49,930 nt of DNA from Macrostomum lignano (Eukaryota), in contig NIVC01003634.1 in assembly GCA_002269645.1 (NCBI GenBank), forward strand, positions 1-49,930. The letters are read 5' to 3'. The notes under the pieces were generated by a model. The model saw only the letters and a program-made list of their open reading frames with translations, made no database searches and was not told the origin of the DNA. Made by a program: the position numbers and the translations under genes. Each line of letters opens with the position of its first letter. Position 1 is the stretch's first letter. Shown here piece by piece: positions 1-49,930 of this stretch.

Positions 1-49930
<49,930 letters not shown>

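Overview
Eukaryotic (animal) genomic DNA. The whole window lies inside one very large minus-strand gene encoding a giant spectrin-repeat rod protein (nesprin/Msp300-like). No CH or KASH domain falls in the window, so the family call is by repeat character only. I traced 33 constitutive exons by hand, about 17.0 kb of CDS or about 5,670 aa, truncated at both window edges. Splice phases are consistent throughout, apart from one GC-AG intron, one clear single-base frameshift and one probable one. Most introns longer than about 300 bp carry their own distinct mini- or microsatellite, and several are built around textbook protein-binding motifs (E-box, CRE, kappaB, Pol III B-box). The introns also hold a CORE-type tRNA-SINE, a second tRNA-derived element, candidate frame-preserving microexons, candidate recursive splice sites, a foldback-like structure and a nested 375-aa low-complexity ORF or alternative terminal exon. 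GC-rich Ala-rich exons with repeat-filled AT-rich introns suggest a flatworm such as Macrostomum, but this is inference only. Repeat boundaries are approximate.
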